DNA of 63,685 nt, the filler included, from Phoronis australis (lineage: Eukaryota; Animalia; Phoronida), in the NCBI GenBank assembly GCA_002633005.1. It is 6 parts of 6 records of this genome, joined end to end, with 100 filler letters (N's around TTAATTAATTAA, not from the genome) between each part and the next. Parts side by side here need not be neighbours in the genome. Positions count along the whole stretch, not along the records: positions 15,055 to 37,172 come from NMRA01000718.1; 5 more parts are not named here. One strand, given 5' to 3'. Made by a program: the position numbers and the translations under genes. Under the pieces are notes generated by a model, which was given only the letters and a program-made list of their open reading frames with translations, was not told where the DNA came from and searched no databases. Positions 22,501 through 35,816 of the stretch are shown here, piece after piece. Position 1 is the first letter of the stretch, and each line of letters starts with the position of its first letter.

Positions 22501-24137
22501 ACAGATTCTAGTAGGTTGTCTGATCAGGTTTTTGAGGATTTTGGTAACTAACTGTCCATGCACAATGTGTGTGTGTGTGTTTTTAGCATTTGTATTTTGT
22601 TTTCAGAGTGGCCAGTAGGGGTGGTTACATGCCAAGCTCCGTTTACTCGACGCGCACGCAGTATCGAAATCAGATGTACCCCACGTTCAGTTCACGTGAC
22701 TCGGACAACTTGCACAGCAGCAGAAGTTACCCGGCGTTCGACTCTATCAGCCAGGACAGTCGTAGTAGTGGTTCATCCCTTGGTCACAATTTATACAACG
22801 TCAACACCGTGTCAACGGCAAAATACGATAGTGCTGACGATTTGAAAACTCCAACTAACCCTGATCCTCCGTATCATTTGTTCTTAGACGAACGATTGCA
22901 AGCGCGGCACGACAGCTTGGAGCGTAGTAGCCACAGAGGACATAGGCATCGTTACGGTAGCTTGGAGCGGAACTCCGGCCACCACTTATTGCCGCAATTA
23001 ACACCGTCAAAGTTTGGTAGCAAGAGAGACTCGAAAGATTTTGAGCGTGTTGACACTTACGAACGGGAAGATTATGATTTCGAGAAAACACCAACACCTT
23101 TAGCTAAGGCGGACGGTCGGTTTGTGTATGATCCGCAGAACTATAGTGACAGTTTGCACAGGTATAAACACTATCAGTCCAGCAGTGGGTCACCAAGGAG
23201 TGTATATTACGATACAAGATCTCCTGAAGGATTTGGTAGGCGAAGCTCAGAAAATAACTTATTATCACCTCAGGCAGAGGGTGCCAGTGAGGGGCCTTCT
23301 GTGAGGAGGAACTTCTCATTCAGCACATCTCATGATGTGCCCAGGCCAAATCCTTATGATCATCGAGTGTTTGAACGGACTCCTGTTGATTTTAAGCGTT
23401 ATGAGCGTGGTGATTATTCTCCTGTGTACTCCCCATACAAGGACGTGTCCTCTAGACTTTGGTTAGATAGACAGATGGACAGTCCGCCCGCCCCTCAACC
23501 CGTCGGGCCGCGTCTCGGTCCGTACGAGTCAGAACTGAAGAATCCTCACTATGAGAGTCCGCTGGCATCTGGTGCTAAAATGGCCTTGAATGTCAGCACG
23601 CCCTCGGAGAGTACGGGCTCAGATTCTATTGATCCTAATGCTGGAACGCCAAAATACTCTTCACCAGCAGTCCAGGAAGTGTCAAAACCGTATGAGATTG
23701 CAGACTATTATAAATATAGTGAACGAGTGCGAAAACAACGCAGTACTGATTCGGCAGAGTCTTCGTACATGACGCAATCTTATGATGAGTCAGTTGTCTC
23801 GCCACACATGACGGACGATGCTGACCAGCCCGTATCACCCTTCGCTATGTTCTCTGGCGTCATGAACGAAGCACCACCAAGTGGACCAATCACATCACCT
23901 GTGCGCTCTAATCCAGATTATGCTCAGAACGTGAACCCCACCTGTCAGCCGTCACCAAAGATGCCTTGCCAACCAGCTCTGCAGCGCCTGCAGAGTGATG
24001 GGGTGTCCCCAGCCAACAGCACCCCTAATAGTTATAGGTTAGTGTCCTCGCCCCCTTCGTCGCCCACCACTCGCTTCTACAGCGTTCCTACGGGAACAGT
24101 GGAGGCTCTAAAACAAAAGTTTACCAACAAAAACTGA
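16043..24137 (+). CDS. FRMD4: FRMD4-family (FERM domain-containing 4 / CUPID domain) protein, 3' exons
   Basis: Phase-consistent exons 16043-16186, 17063-17135, 20435-20526, 21697-21833 and 22607-24137. The first two encode EEEQLAKLELEYELQKQITQAAKKLAEETRDKNVRKKRRQQYNKAVTKLKEIQERLEEARRKAGK, which resembles the FRMD4A/B, INAVA and CCDC120 coiled-coil (CUPID) region as I recall it. The FERM exons are not in the contig, so orthology is inferred. Confidence 0.78.
19631..20005. mobile_element. MITE-like element with ~35-40-bp imperfect inverted ends
   Basis: CAATGGGA...AGGTGGCGCTTGTGAAG at the left end and CTTCACAAGCGCCACCT...TCCCATTG at the right end. Confidence 0.55.
22607..24137 (+). CDS. Large terminal exon of the FRMD4-like gene (Ser/Pro/Tyr-rich disordered tail)
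   Basis: ~510-codon open frame; acceptor tttcag, phase 2 matching the donor at 21834; stop TGA at 24135-24137. Confidence 0.88.
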
Positions 24138-25209
24138 TGCTTAGTTGAAATCATTGTTAAGTAAACTTCTGTATATCTTGCTATCAATCTTATCAGACAA
24201 ATTTTGTTGAATATTAGACAAAATGTGCTGCTGTATGTATTGCACTCAAAATCGAAATCAACTGCTTTTGTTTTGACTGTGTAGAAATTGTGCCCATACT
24301 TCGCAGTAGTTGTCTTTGTTTTGACTGTGTAGAAATTGTGCCTATACTTCGCAGTAGTTGTCTTTTATTCGACAAAAGATACAATCCTTGAATGCTCTTG
24401 TTTCATTTGTTGTAAATTGTTGTATATGATGTACTTCATGACTAAGCTAAGACTCTCTGTACGTTGTAGCAGTTGTTCAATGCACAGTCCTCTCCCCAAG
24501 CTATTGTGTCGGCCAATGTTGTGTGTGTCGTACAGTAATGCAGGCTACTTCGTCGCATGATGCAGAAACATTTCAGTGGTCAGACTCGGGTCGAAATTCT
24601 ATATATCCTAGAGGCCTGTCCTTGTATAAGGGCACGTGCTACTGGGCCCTGAAATATTGTGACCTTTGATGATACCGAAACTTCCTATGTGAACACTGCA
24701 CTACAAGTCGGTCCTCTAGTTCACTGCCTCATATAACCTACGGTGACCCCTTCTGTCTGTCGGTGCGTTCACCCCCTGAATCATTTCTGCATCATTCTCC
24801 TATTGATGTGTGTTGACCCAGCATGGCTGCACTGTGCCTTCTACTCTAGTACGAAACTGAATCAGTCATTGCAGCTTTCTTTGTTAAATATGGCTTCCCC
24901 GCTATGCCCTGATGGTCTCTGTAAATTGTCAGATGTGTGAATGCAATAGCTGCCTAGAAACGATGGAAACATTTTCAAACATTCGAAACAAATGTTAGAG
25001 CTGAAATGGAGGTTAGGCAGTACCAGGTTTTGGGAACATTTATTTTTTTTGCAGTTAATTTTATACATTTTGTATTTTTCTCCTGTTTTATTGCTTAAGT
25101 GGAGCGTTATTTTCACTTCACTTGACTCGTAAAGCGGGCGATCACTGCATCCACTGTCAGAGAATTCCAGTTTGGTGTTTGGATCAGCCCAATGTTAAAG
25201 CACCATTTT

Positions 25210-25613
25210 TATGCGCCCACATATTTATATGTGGACGCATTATGCCGTCATCTCTGTCCGTCCGTCCGTCCGTCCGTCCGTCCGTCCGTCCGTCCGTCCG
25301 GGCGGCGTCCGTCCGACGTCTGGCGTCCGGCGTCCGCGGCTCTATCTCCAAAACCCTTTGACATACGTTCATGAAATTTGGCACATATGTTCCATTCATG
25401 AATGGGACGGCATGCGCGAACTTTCGGATGGATCCGACTACCGGTGTGCCCCCTAGTGGCAATTTTAGTTTTTTACGCTTACCTTTGTATCTTCAAAAGT
25501 CCTGAACGGATTTTCATGAAATTTGGTATGTAGGCACCTAGTAGTGAGATGACGCTATCCTGCCGTTTTCGGATGGATTCGACATAGTTTGCGCCACCTA
25601 GTGGCCATTTTTA
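25210..25613 (+). mobile_element. Helentron-associated (HINE/DINE-1-like) element, 5' part
   Basis: Starts in a T-run; 5' hairpin ATGCGCCCACATA-TT-TATGTGGACGCAT; (TCCG)n microsatellite; homologous to 56291 onward; truncated at N 25614. Confidence 0.75.
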
Positions 25614-27689
25614 NAGGCAATACCAGGTTTTGGGAACATTTATTTTTTTTGCAGTTTATTTTATACATTTTGCATTTTTCTCCTGTTTTCTTGCTTAAGT
25701 GGAGCGTTATTTTCACTTCACTTGACTCGTAAAGCGGGCGATCACTGCATCCACTGTCAGAGAATTCCAGTTTGGTGTTTGGATCAGCCCAATGTTAAAG
25801 CACCATTTTGATAGTTTGAAGCAGGATTGTGTGAATAATGATGATTTCGCTTCCTCATAGTGGACGCAGTAGTGTGGCTCAGTCCTTGCACATAAATGTG
25901 CTCACCAATTTGTAAATCTTTGTAAGTATTGCACCGTAGATGTCACTAGTGTTGTTTCGTGTCACATGACTGGCCCGCTGCGAAAGGACTCTTCTCACAT
26001 ACAACACACACACCCACACACACTGCTAGTCTACATAATGTAGCTTGGAATGACAGCACGGATATTCCTTGTGGGCATGTGGCCCACATTGACTATATGA
26101 TCGCTGATACATTATGATCATAGCTCTGAATGAGGGAATGTGTCCAGCATCGTGGTCATAGTTTGGAGTCACTGACCTGAATGTTCACCATGAGATCATG
26201 CTCGTCTGCAAATGTACTACACATTTGTCTGCTAGCCTTGTGATCGTAGATGACTGCCTCATTGTACCACCGTCAGATTGTGGCTGGGTGCAAGTGTACC
26301 GCACACATTGTTGTGTTTGTGATCATGGCTCCATAACTGCCCAGATAGTCGACCACTGGATTCTCTGCGCTGCATATTAACTTTTGAGGACTTTATCGCA
26401 CCTGAGAATGACTGCACAGGTTGTCCACCACCACATAGGGCTTGATCGTCTACATCGTCGACTTCAAACTTGCAAGTCCTGTCGTCACTGCTGTAAACGT
26501 TGATTCAGAGACTAAATAATGGTACAATGTGTTTGAATGGCCCATCCATCTGGCTTGCCATAATGTTCCATTGACCCCGTCATCCACCATGTGCACTGCT
26601 GTGTCCTGGACGTGTTGTCTGGATGTAGGTATTGCCTGTGGAGCATGCTGCACGATCAGCTTGTCAACACACGTAGTAAGGTAGACCTCCATCTCTTGGG
26701 GAAGCAATGCCTGGCCTTGGAAGAACATCTAACTGCATCGTTTTAACACCAATCTGAGTCTACGTTTGCACTGCCCATCCTTGACAGAACATCTAGCTGC
26801 GTTGTTTACAGCAACGCATGTCTACACGTCCTCTATCGGATCGACTTTCTATATCCCGGGCGTTGCACGTGTGGTTACTACTGGCTGCTAATCACAGTAC
26901 TTACTGCATGACTTTAGCATGTCTCTCTTTATCACTCGTCCCTACTGACTGGCCATTGTGAGCTAGTCCCAGAACTGTCCTGGTTTGTTGGTTCACAGTG
27001 CATAATGGTGATCTCAGTCTTGTATGGTCCAACAATGTCTACTTCCATGCCTGGGCTAGCTCACTCTGTCAACTTCAAGTGCTTGTACTCTACTTTTATT
27101 GGTTCTTTATTCTTGTTAGATACTAGTGCCAAAGTGTGGATGTTGTCTGTGGATTTCATGGTAAGACTCCTATCCCCCTCTGTGGACAAAACCTGTAATC
27201 CTGTTTCTGTTACAAGTGATGACAAGTAACGTTGCTTGCCAGTTTTAGTCTGTTTTGAAAATGGATCATCTCGTAGTTTGATAAGGAGTGTACAGCTCTG
27301 ATTAACTTAAACCATGGTATGTTGTAGGTTATATGCCTTGTTGGCACAACTTCAAAATGATATAGTGAATTGTCATTGTTCGAGTCGAGACATGGCAGTC
27401 AACTGTGAGGGTGACCTTGTCTTGCCAGCTGTGTTTCGTGTTTAAATAGTTGCTTGGATTTATGTGTATTTTTTTCATTGAGTTAACATGATCCACACAG
27501 TATGTAGCTGTAATGTCACTGTGTCAATCCAAAATGGTGGCTGCTGATTTCTTGTCACATATGTGATGCCCTTGTTTGGCTTGTTAAGAGGTTTTATTGG
27601 CATGTCTTGCTGCACTTTATCATTACACCAGATTTTTATGCAACATTGCTAAATTATGACCTAAATGTTGCATAATTTTGCTCACAGTT

Positions 27690-27870
27690 ATGCTGGTGAA
27701 TGCATTGCCAGGGTACACACACTTGCTAATGAATGCATTGCCAGGGTACGCAAACTTGCTAATGAATGCATTGCCAGGGTATGCACACTTGCTAATGAAT
27801 GCATTGCCAGAGTACACACACACTTACTGGTGAATGCATTGCCAGGGTACGCAAACTTGCTAATGAATGC
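27690..27870. repeat. 33-bp minisatellite, about 5 copies
   Basis: Unit ~CTTGCTAATGAATGCATTGCCAGGGTACGCAAA, head to tail. Confidence 0.9.
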
Positions 27871-28715
27871 ACACATAGTGAGCCTCCTTTTCAACTTCTC
27901 ACTCTTTAGTGATGCTAAGTTTGCCAAGGATGGACCACTAGCATTTGACCCGTACGCAATATGACTGCATTGCATCTTGATAGCAACTTTTGTTGGCCAA
28001 CTGGGCAATAACTTCAGTTTGGACCCGACAGTCTAATGTTTTTCGTTGTTAGCCAGCTTAATGGGGCAAAATGCAGTTTTAATATTTCAATTTTGTCTCT
28101 GATTTTGTAATCCCATCACTATTGCTATTAGGGTTGGACGTGTATTGTCTTGAGATATTCTTGTGAATGCAGTTTGTGACAAGGATTTTACAATGATGGC
28201 CAGACTGGATGATTCCATTGCATGATTACTGTTCCAAGGCATTGCAAATTATGGTAGTTCTCGTTTCTTGATTGCATTGTGATTACCACTGGCTTCATTT
28301 GAGTTGCCGTTTCGTTCTGTTTCAGATTTCAACCTTGCAGTAGTACCTCTGTGTTGTTTTAAATTTAGTTTTTGGGAACTGTTGTGAAATTCCTCCTTTG
28401 TGAAGATGTGTTCATAGCTGATTAGATTTCATGTTTCTTGGAAAAATACTGTAAAAAGTAAAATTGTGTTGAAGAGGAAGACTACCGTTTTAGGGTCATT
28501 TTTGGTTAAAACACAAATTTCGGGTTATACTAGACAAATTTTGATGGTAACTTAATTTCCCTGGGTTTTAATTAATTATGCATGTGTAACTCTGGATGCG
28601 ACGTCTGCTGCCCTGATCATTTCCCGCCTTTTTTGTTGTAACTTAAAAGCTTAAAAATGGTTTTCTTATTAAAAAATTTAAAATGAAAATTGCAGTGTAG
28701 AAATGGTGGTCCTGA

Positions 28716-28797
28716 CAGTGGTGGATCTTCGTTTTTCGTGACTCTAGGCTTGATAGCTGTGTCCCCTCCCCCCTGTGATCACCGGATCCACCCCTTG
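28716..28797. mobile_element. Short hAT-like MITE related to 11159-11314
   Basis: CAGTGGTGGATC ... GATCCACCCCTTG imperfect TIRs. Confidence 0.4.
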
Positions 28798-30579
28798 ATG
28801 GTGCCCTATCGCTGCTAGCTGAGGTCTTTGTTTTATGTAGGATTTTAAGGTGCACTCCGCTTAATTAAAGGGGAATTCCAACAATAGGGGTCCCACTGTA
28901 CTGGGAGGAGGGGGTTGCTTGGGAGATCCACTGTTGTCTAAGAAATGCATAGAGGTAGTGAGACCAATCTGCTTATTAGGCTTTCTTTGCTAGTCTTTGT
29001 AAGACAGGTCTTTTCATCCATAAATGAACTAAACACTCATGAAGACTGAAGTGTATAGGTTTGTTTTACTACCATTTAAAGCTATTTTCACTCATCATGT
29101 ATTGATATTTATTAGAGCATGCCAGTTACTACCTGTTGTGTTGTGTGACTTCTGCATGGTCTTTTATTATTTTGTAGGTCCATTCCGGATATGCCATCAA
29201 GGGAGTCTAGCTTTAACTTGGAGGCCGGCGAATCTCAAGCGACAGCATTCAGTCAAGAAATGTTGGCTTGGTATGAAGACAGCCAGGATGCTGGCTCGGC
29301 CACACTAGTCTGAAGTGCGTCCCTGCCGGTGCCATATCGAGGCCTGGATATGTGTCGCTTGGAAGGCCACTCTGCCACTCTAATCTTGACTTCCATTAAT
29401 GACAAGGGCCCCTTCTGGCTTGGTAGCAAGTCCCTTTCTACTGGGGCGTTCACGGGAGTCCTCATAATTGTACCTTATGATGTGTTCTCAAGAGAATTCG
29501 GCAACAAATATCTGCTGTTGCAGCAACTAGAAATGTACCGTGGAGGAATAAGTTTGCCATGTGTTAAGCAAGAAGCAGGGGCGTTCCTTATGGGTATGCA
29601 CAACTGTATGTGTGTACCACTGAGAGAAGTAGGTAGAGGACACAGTAAGTGATTGAGGTGGCTGGGTGCCAATACTCAGTGGTTCTCAGGAAACTTGATT
29701 CAAATGCCACTTTTCCATTAATACTGAAGAACAACTGAGGAGACGACATCATTCCCTTTGTGAATGTTGGACCAGGATGTCCTTCATATGTTATCTCTGT
29801 CGCAATCTGCGTAGCGTAAGTGAACACGGCAATATCATAGTCACCCATATCCATGAATCCAGACCTGCAGGGCCATCTGTGTGTTAACCAGATTTGTTCT
29901 CTTGACTTTTGAAGGCTGGCCATCCATGTGACAATGTGTAGTTACGGCAATCTGAATGTAAATGTCAATTGGCAGAAATAATCTTTGAAGTATGTATGGT
30001 AGACAAAATGGACACATTGGTAACTCAAGTACCTGTACAATAATTTAAACCGCCATATGCCTGCCTCCCATCACCGGAATCCACTTACCATTACGAAATT
30101 GGCTTCAAATTGTTCCTTAGTCAAACTGGAGGTGATTTCGAGGTTTCGAAAAAACTGACAGTATTAATTATTGAATCATAAGCTCTGTGTCAAATATTTG
30201 AAGACAGATTTTTTTGTGTCCCGTGGCACACTGGAGAAACGTTTCACTGGTTTATAAACAATGTCTTATCTTGAAATATGAACTTGTTCAGTCAGCTGAA
30301 AGTACAAAGCAGTTAAACGGATTACCCAGTTACACCGACACATAAGGCTAAACTTTCGTCCGTATTTCTCTTAACATCTACCGTTTTGCAAGCTTGGATA
30401 TTGCCTGGTTGTAGTGTATATGAAAATACATTGCCTGTGCTTTGCACTGTTGATGGAGGCTTTTGAAGAAAATGTTGATTATTCTTTCACCACATATTTA
30501 GAAGGAATTTTTTTGCCAATAGAGGCCTCTGTGTTGAGATTATGTAAAGTAGGAATGCAGTTCTTTCTTTCACCCTCCA

Positions 30580-30800
30580 CGTGACTGAGGAAGGTCGGGT
30601 CCAAGTATACTGTGAGCAGTAATGTACCTATAGGAGGATCTGTGAGGAAGGTCAGGTGTATATCCAGTATGTATGTCAGCTGTGATGTACATGTACATGT
30701 ACATATAGGAGGATCTGTGAGGAAGGTTGAGTGTAGCTCCGGTTTTAATGTTAGCAATGACATGTCTACAGGAGGATCTGTGGGAAGGTCTGGTGTAGAT
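30580..30800. repeat. Degenerate tandem repeat (~65-80 bp period)
   Basis: AGGAGGATCTGTG(A/G)G(G)AAGGT recurs at ~30632, 30707 and 30770. Confidence 0.65.
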
Positions 30801-32554
30801 CCAGTGTCACTGTCCACAGTGATTGGTCTATTGATGTTGGTCTCTCTCTAGAGACAAAGAGATATCAAACACTGAAACCAGTAGCTGTCAAGTCCTATTA
30901 CTCTACAAGTGCTCTAGATTTCTGGATTTAGTAATTTATTCGTGATCAAGTGGCTGATGGTATGCCCTGATTCAACTCTGGTTCATGCTCACAGATCTGT
31001 TGTTGTGGCTGTATTCCTTTGTTCAGCTTATATCTTCTGAAATGTACACATAATTCAGTAAAGAGAGCTTTGCATTTTAGTTTTCATCTTTTACTTGGAC
31101 ACCAAAAGTTTTATTACGATTATACAGAAGTTTTTGAAAAAAGATGACAAATTTCATTGAAATTGTGCGACTTTGTCAGACTTATGACAAATAATTGGAT
31201 GAAAAATACACGAAATGTGTTTAAAATGAAATTTCACCTTTTTTCAACAATTAGAAGTTTTACCAACTTTTTTTTGTGAACTGCTGTATTTGTCTCACTG
31301 ATTGACAAGAGGATGTTCAAACGTGAGATGTTAATCGAAAATCAACCAATGGCGATGATAGATCAAACTTTTTAATTCTTTCTGCTCAGTTTTCGAGAAA
31401 TGTCACAAGTGAAATTTGGTGGTTGAATCCTCCCACACACTATTGTTATCTTTCGTGTTGTTAGATATGGCTAGATAAGTATTTTCGGAAGAAATGTAAG
31501 CACAGGTCAAGGGAATTCGAAGTACAGTGCTGATTTTAGAGTGCTTCACTGAAGTTCTCTCTGTGCCCGGTAGGTATCTCTGAAAGAAGTACTGGCGGTG
31601 TGCAACATGATTTTTTACAAATGTAATTATTCCTATTTTGCCAACGTGGTGTATGTATTTGTAAACAATGAACACTGAAATAAAAAGCCTATGTTCTGAG
31701 ACGTGCTTGTGTTGTTAATAGTGTAACTCTGTCTCCAATGAGTTCTGTTGCTGATTATAGTTTGTTGAAAACTTGACATTGGGGGAGGTCGCTGGATGCA
31801 ATTCACTTTGCCAGTACTTAGTTGCAAATACTTAGTCCTAGTTTTTAGTGATCCTATTGTAAGCGCCTCAAGTCGGCACTGAAATGGCGCAAAAATGGCT
31901 GTGGGCCACAAAACTATCGGAGCATTATTTTCCTTTTTGTTAATCAGCTCTGTAGTGGGCGTAGACGCACGGCGCAGACAACCACCTTTTGGCATTTGAA
32001 CGTAGCGCCTACGCACCGTAAGTTACGTTCAGTGCTCAAGGTGATACGGTGTGCTTATGGCGCCTACTTACCTATAGTTTTACCACTACAGCACTGGTTG
32101 ATATGTTACATTTCTAAAGATCACTGTGAAAGACGGAGCTGTAAAAATATGCATAACACGTGACCATTATATTTCCATTAGCTGGTAGCTCCGAGTTACT
32201 TTTAATGTACGTGTAACCCATGACTTAAAAATTAAATCTGTTATTAGGTACACGAGGACATTGACACAAAGTTCAATGCTACAAATAGTGAGATGGTTGC
32301 CGGTGTCGCGTTGAACAATGTCCCTCGTCATTCGTCGGATCACATGTTCCTTGACAAACTCATGAATTTGTATGGAGTAGAATAATTCCAAACATTACCT
32401 GCTAAAATGACTAGATCTGAGATATGAGCACGTATGCATTTCCGTTTAAACATGAATTCATCTTCAATACTCCTACAAGTGGTGCTTACACCGCAGAGCA
32501 AATGGCAGCTACGCTTACCCCGTTATGATTTGCGCATCAAAATCTGTGTCGTGC

Positions 32555-32870
32555 TAGCGGGATTTTTCGTAGATAAGCCAATTTCTTGACGTTGACCTTT
32601 TTAACTTAAAAATGTGTTTTTCAAATTTATGTTAATAAATGAATAGTTCGCCAGCACATTGTTCGTTTTCATAAATTGAATGCTCCACAAAACTGAATTT
32701 GTGACAAAAAGTTGACTATGAGTGAGTTATTAAGAGGAAATTTGCCGAATAAATGCCCCACTATCTGGACACTTGATGCCAGAATTTTTAACGTGAAATG
32801 ATAAACGCCCACTGGGCTTACTCAGCATTATTTTCCTAATAAACGCCCATCGGGTGAGCTTGTCTATGGA
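32555..32870. mobile_element. Partial copy of TA-flanked MITE family
   Basis: Begins TAGCGGGATTTTTCGTAGATAAGCC and shares the core AAAACTGAATTTGTGACAAAAAGTTGA with 34830-35154 and 58811-59258. Confidence 0.65.
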
Positions 32871-33238
32871 ATGATAAACGAGTGGTCGAGTAAATACGGA
32901 AGTCGTCGTAGCAACTTTGTTGTGGCTGACTTGGACATAATTGACTTATGAGCAAGAGTATCACTGGCTTTCGTCCGTGGCAAGTTGCATGAAATAGTGC
33001 AATAATATTAGTCTTTTTCATTCTGCATAATGCACAGTAATCAAAGGTTCGTGCATATTGAACATTAGGCCTGTAGGAAATAGCAGGCTGAGAGCATAAC
33101 GGTAGTAAAGTTTTCATAAAAAATTGGATATGATATTCTTCTCGTGCATTAAGCTCAAGGACGTCATATTAATAAAATGTGAACAATTAAGTAAGTGAAC
33201 CGTTAGCTCGTGTCGCCAAGAACATCACAGCACCTTAA

Positions 33239-33765
33239 AGAGGCATGGAACGCGAAAGCTAGTCAAAAATATCTTTTAAACAGTTCATGACAAAAGTACC
33301 ATCTCGCAACGTCTAGTACAGAGTAATTCACTTTTCTCTGTGAGGAAATTTCCCAAAAAAACTCTAAATTTACGATTTATGAAAAACGACTGAATGAAAA
33401 ACTCTGTGTTTACCACATAGTTTCTTATCTCCCTCTCACTTATAATAAATGCGCATGCGCTCACAGTCAGTTGCTTGAGGTCAAAGGTCACATTTTCCAT
33501 ATAAGGGAAACATGCTACGTCTGTATATTGCCATACCAAATAACGAGACGTGCTTTGCCTTGTGGGAGAAAAATCGACGAAGTGACGAGCAGTTGTCAGA
33601 TCGTATTTTTGAAATTTTAAATTATAAAACAAAATGCTTTGATATCAACAGAAATTAAACTCTTAACGAACTTGGCCTAAAAATACCTGGTGAGCAGGCT
33701 GAATTCAGTTTCAGTGGCAGAGAACCACTTTCAATATTAATCTGTTTATCGCGTTCCAGACCTCT
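33239..33765. mobile_element. TTAA-flanked non-autonomous DNA transposon (Kolobok-like)
   Basis: TIRs AGAGGCATGGAACGCGA / TCGCGTTCCAGACCTCT (15/17 match), TTAA on both sides; second partial copy at 35817-36304. Confidence 0.75.
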
Positions 33766-33779
33766 TTAATACGTAATTT

Positions 33780-34539
33780 CTTGAACTTCCGTGAAAGTTC
33801 ACCTCGGGAATTTCAAACTAATAAGTCTGGAGCTTTGTCGATCAGACTGTACAAGAGTGTAATGGTTCCACACTTTGATTACTGTGATGTTGTGTGGGGT
33901 AAGTGTGCACCATACCTTCAGGACAGACTTCAAAAATTACAAAACAAGGCTGGAGGCTGATAGTCAACTATAGTGTCCTTTATAATGACTTTTCTATTTC
34001 TGACCTCCAAATTGTTGGTGCAACCTGGTTAGCAGGCCTGCGTTTCATTTTAACATTGTGGGGTACAAAGCCACACATGGCCTCACACCTAATCACCTCA
34101 CTACTAACTTCAAAGCAGTCAGAGATTATCACAATTACAACACTAGAGTGAGTGTTTGTGGCTGCCTGATACCAAATAAACCTAAAAACAACGGCGGCAA
34201 AAGAACTTTTGTCTACAGAGGTGCTGTCGCTCCGGGCTGGGGACTGCCCTCGCGAATTCGCCCAGTGTCCACGTCTCTTTAAACAAAAATACTAGGACTT
34301 TGTGCGTGGTTCGGCACTGCAGGCCTCAGGTCGTCATTATTTTACTTTATTTTATCTTATTTATTCATATAATTGTACATATCAACTAATTTTATTCTAA
34401 TTTATTAATCCTTTCAATCTAATTGTACATAGCTGTCTGTATTTTACTTCATGTAATTATTTCCGACTGCGTCCACTTGAAAATCAGTGTATTCACTGAA
34501 GTGGTCACCCAGTCCTTTAAAGAAGTTTAAATAAATAAA
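33780..34539 (+). mobile_element. L2/CR1-group LINE 3' fragment
   Basis: RT C-terminal motif LYKSVMVPHFDYCDVVWG..LQKLQNKA, then HNYNTR and KRTFVYRGA; ends in AAATAAATAAA. Confidence 0.85.
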
Positions 34540-34829
34540 CAAAAAGATGATAAAGCAGATGACGACACCGAAATGGCTTTGCTCTCTTTGCACTGTCAGT
34601 GTCACCGCTGTCGTGTATTTACATGTATAGCACTCACTCGCCGCCCACTTCTTGTCCTAATTGACCAAGCGCAAGCTCCGCCCCCTTGTGAAAAGTCACC
34701 GAAAACATGTTGTTTGTCGGGTAGACTGGCGGCTTGGAAACGCAGACAAATGTGTCAAGAATGTTGCGTTCTGATTGGTCAGTTAAGCCGTCAGTCAAAA
34801 TCCTGGCGATAGGTCAGATGCGCCCTGCT

Positions 34830-35154
34830 TACCGGGATTCTCCGTAGATAAGCTCATGGGCGTGTATTTGGAAAATGAAAAATTTCAGGTGTTATAGTAG
34901 CAGCAAATAAACGGGCGTGTAAACGGAAAGTCATAGCAATTTACTGACTTTGACATTTTTATTTAAAACTGTGTTTTTAAATTTTTTGTTAATAAAAAAA
35001 CTGAATTTGTGACAAAAAGTTGACGCTGTGAGGGCTTTTAAAAGGAAATTTCCGAATAAACTTCCATCTGGACGCTTGACACAAGAACTTTTAACACCAA
35101 ATAAACGCCCATGGGAGTTTCATCGAGTGGGCTTATCTACGAAAAATCCTGCTA
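34830..35154. mobile_element. TA-flanked MITE (Tc1/mariner-like ends)
   Basis: TACCGGGATTCTCCGTAGATAAGCTC ... GGGCTTATCTACGAAAAATCCTGCTA imperfect TIRs. Confidence 0.7.
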
Positions 35155-35816
35155 CCAAGGGGAACTTTTCTGCGCAGTCACCAAATGGAGGCTGGCTCGA
35201 CCTCACGAACAGACGTTAGTTTCGTCTTACGAAGTAAAGTACAAAAGTTTTACCTGCACTCCTATTAGTCGTAGGCTCTACGACTTTTCACCTACGCTGT
35301 AAGCCAAATGTCTTGACATGGTACGTAAATATTGGAAAGGACGAGAAGCGCAATTAAAATGCAATCTCGATCGCGTGGTTCCGCCTACAAAAGAAACAGT
35401 TTTCTTGCTCTGACACAAATAACACCAGTCATCACATTACTGGCGTTATCAGATAAACGAGTTTCCTAGAGGATCAAAATCCACTCTCAATATTTAAAAA
35501 CAATTAACTGGTTGCAATTTATTTTCTCTTAATCATCAACTCGAGAACTCTACATGTACCTATACTCTTATCTTGTGATACTTAAAGGCGAAGGCAACAT
35601 GTTTTCATGTCATTTTGAGCTAAAATAAGGTTGGTTGGTTATCCTAGACATATTTTCCACTTAATTACAGCTTTTCGTAATTTTGTTAATTACTCGTCCG
35701 CTACTCCGGAAGTGACGTTTTAGGAGGCAAGCATTTCCCGCCAATTTCTTTTCATATAGTCTGACTGTGATAGCTGCCGACTCAGTCATTGTTCTACCTC
35801 GGTTGTGTTAAGTTCN

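Noticed and set aside
27690-27870. 33-bp repeats as a CRISPR array or repeat protein
   Set aside because: Head-to-tail minisatellite without unique spacers; the ORFs are an artefact of a unit length divisible by 3.
29170-29940. GC-richer block with overlapping 70-110-aa ORFs
   Set aside because: No recognisable motif in any frame; possibly an old retroelement, but this cannot be supported.
33285-33632. 115-aa ORF conserved in two copies (also 35824-36171)
   Set aside because: Lies inside a TTAA-flanked MITE; the conservation reflects haplotype duplication, not coding constraint.
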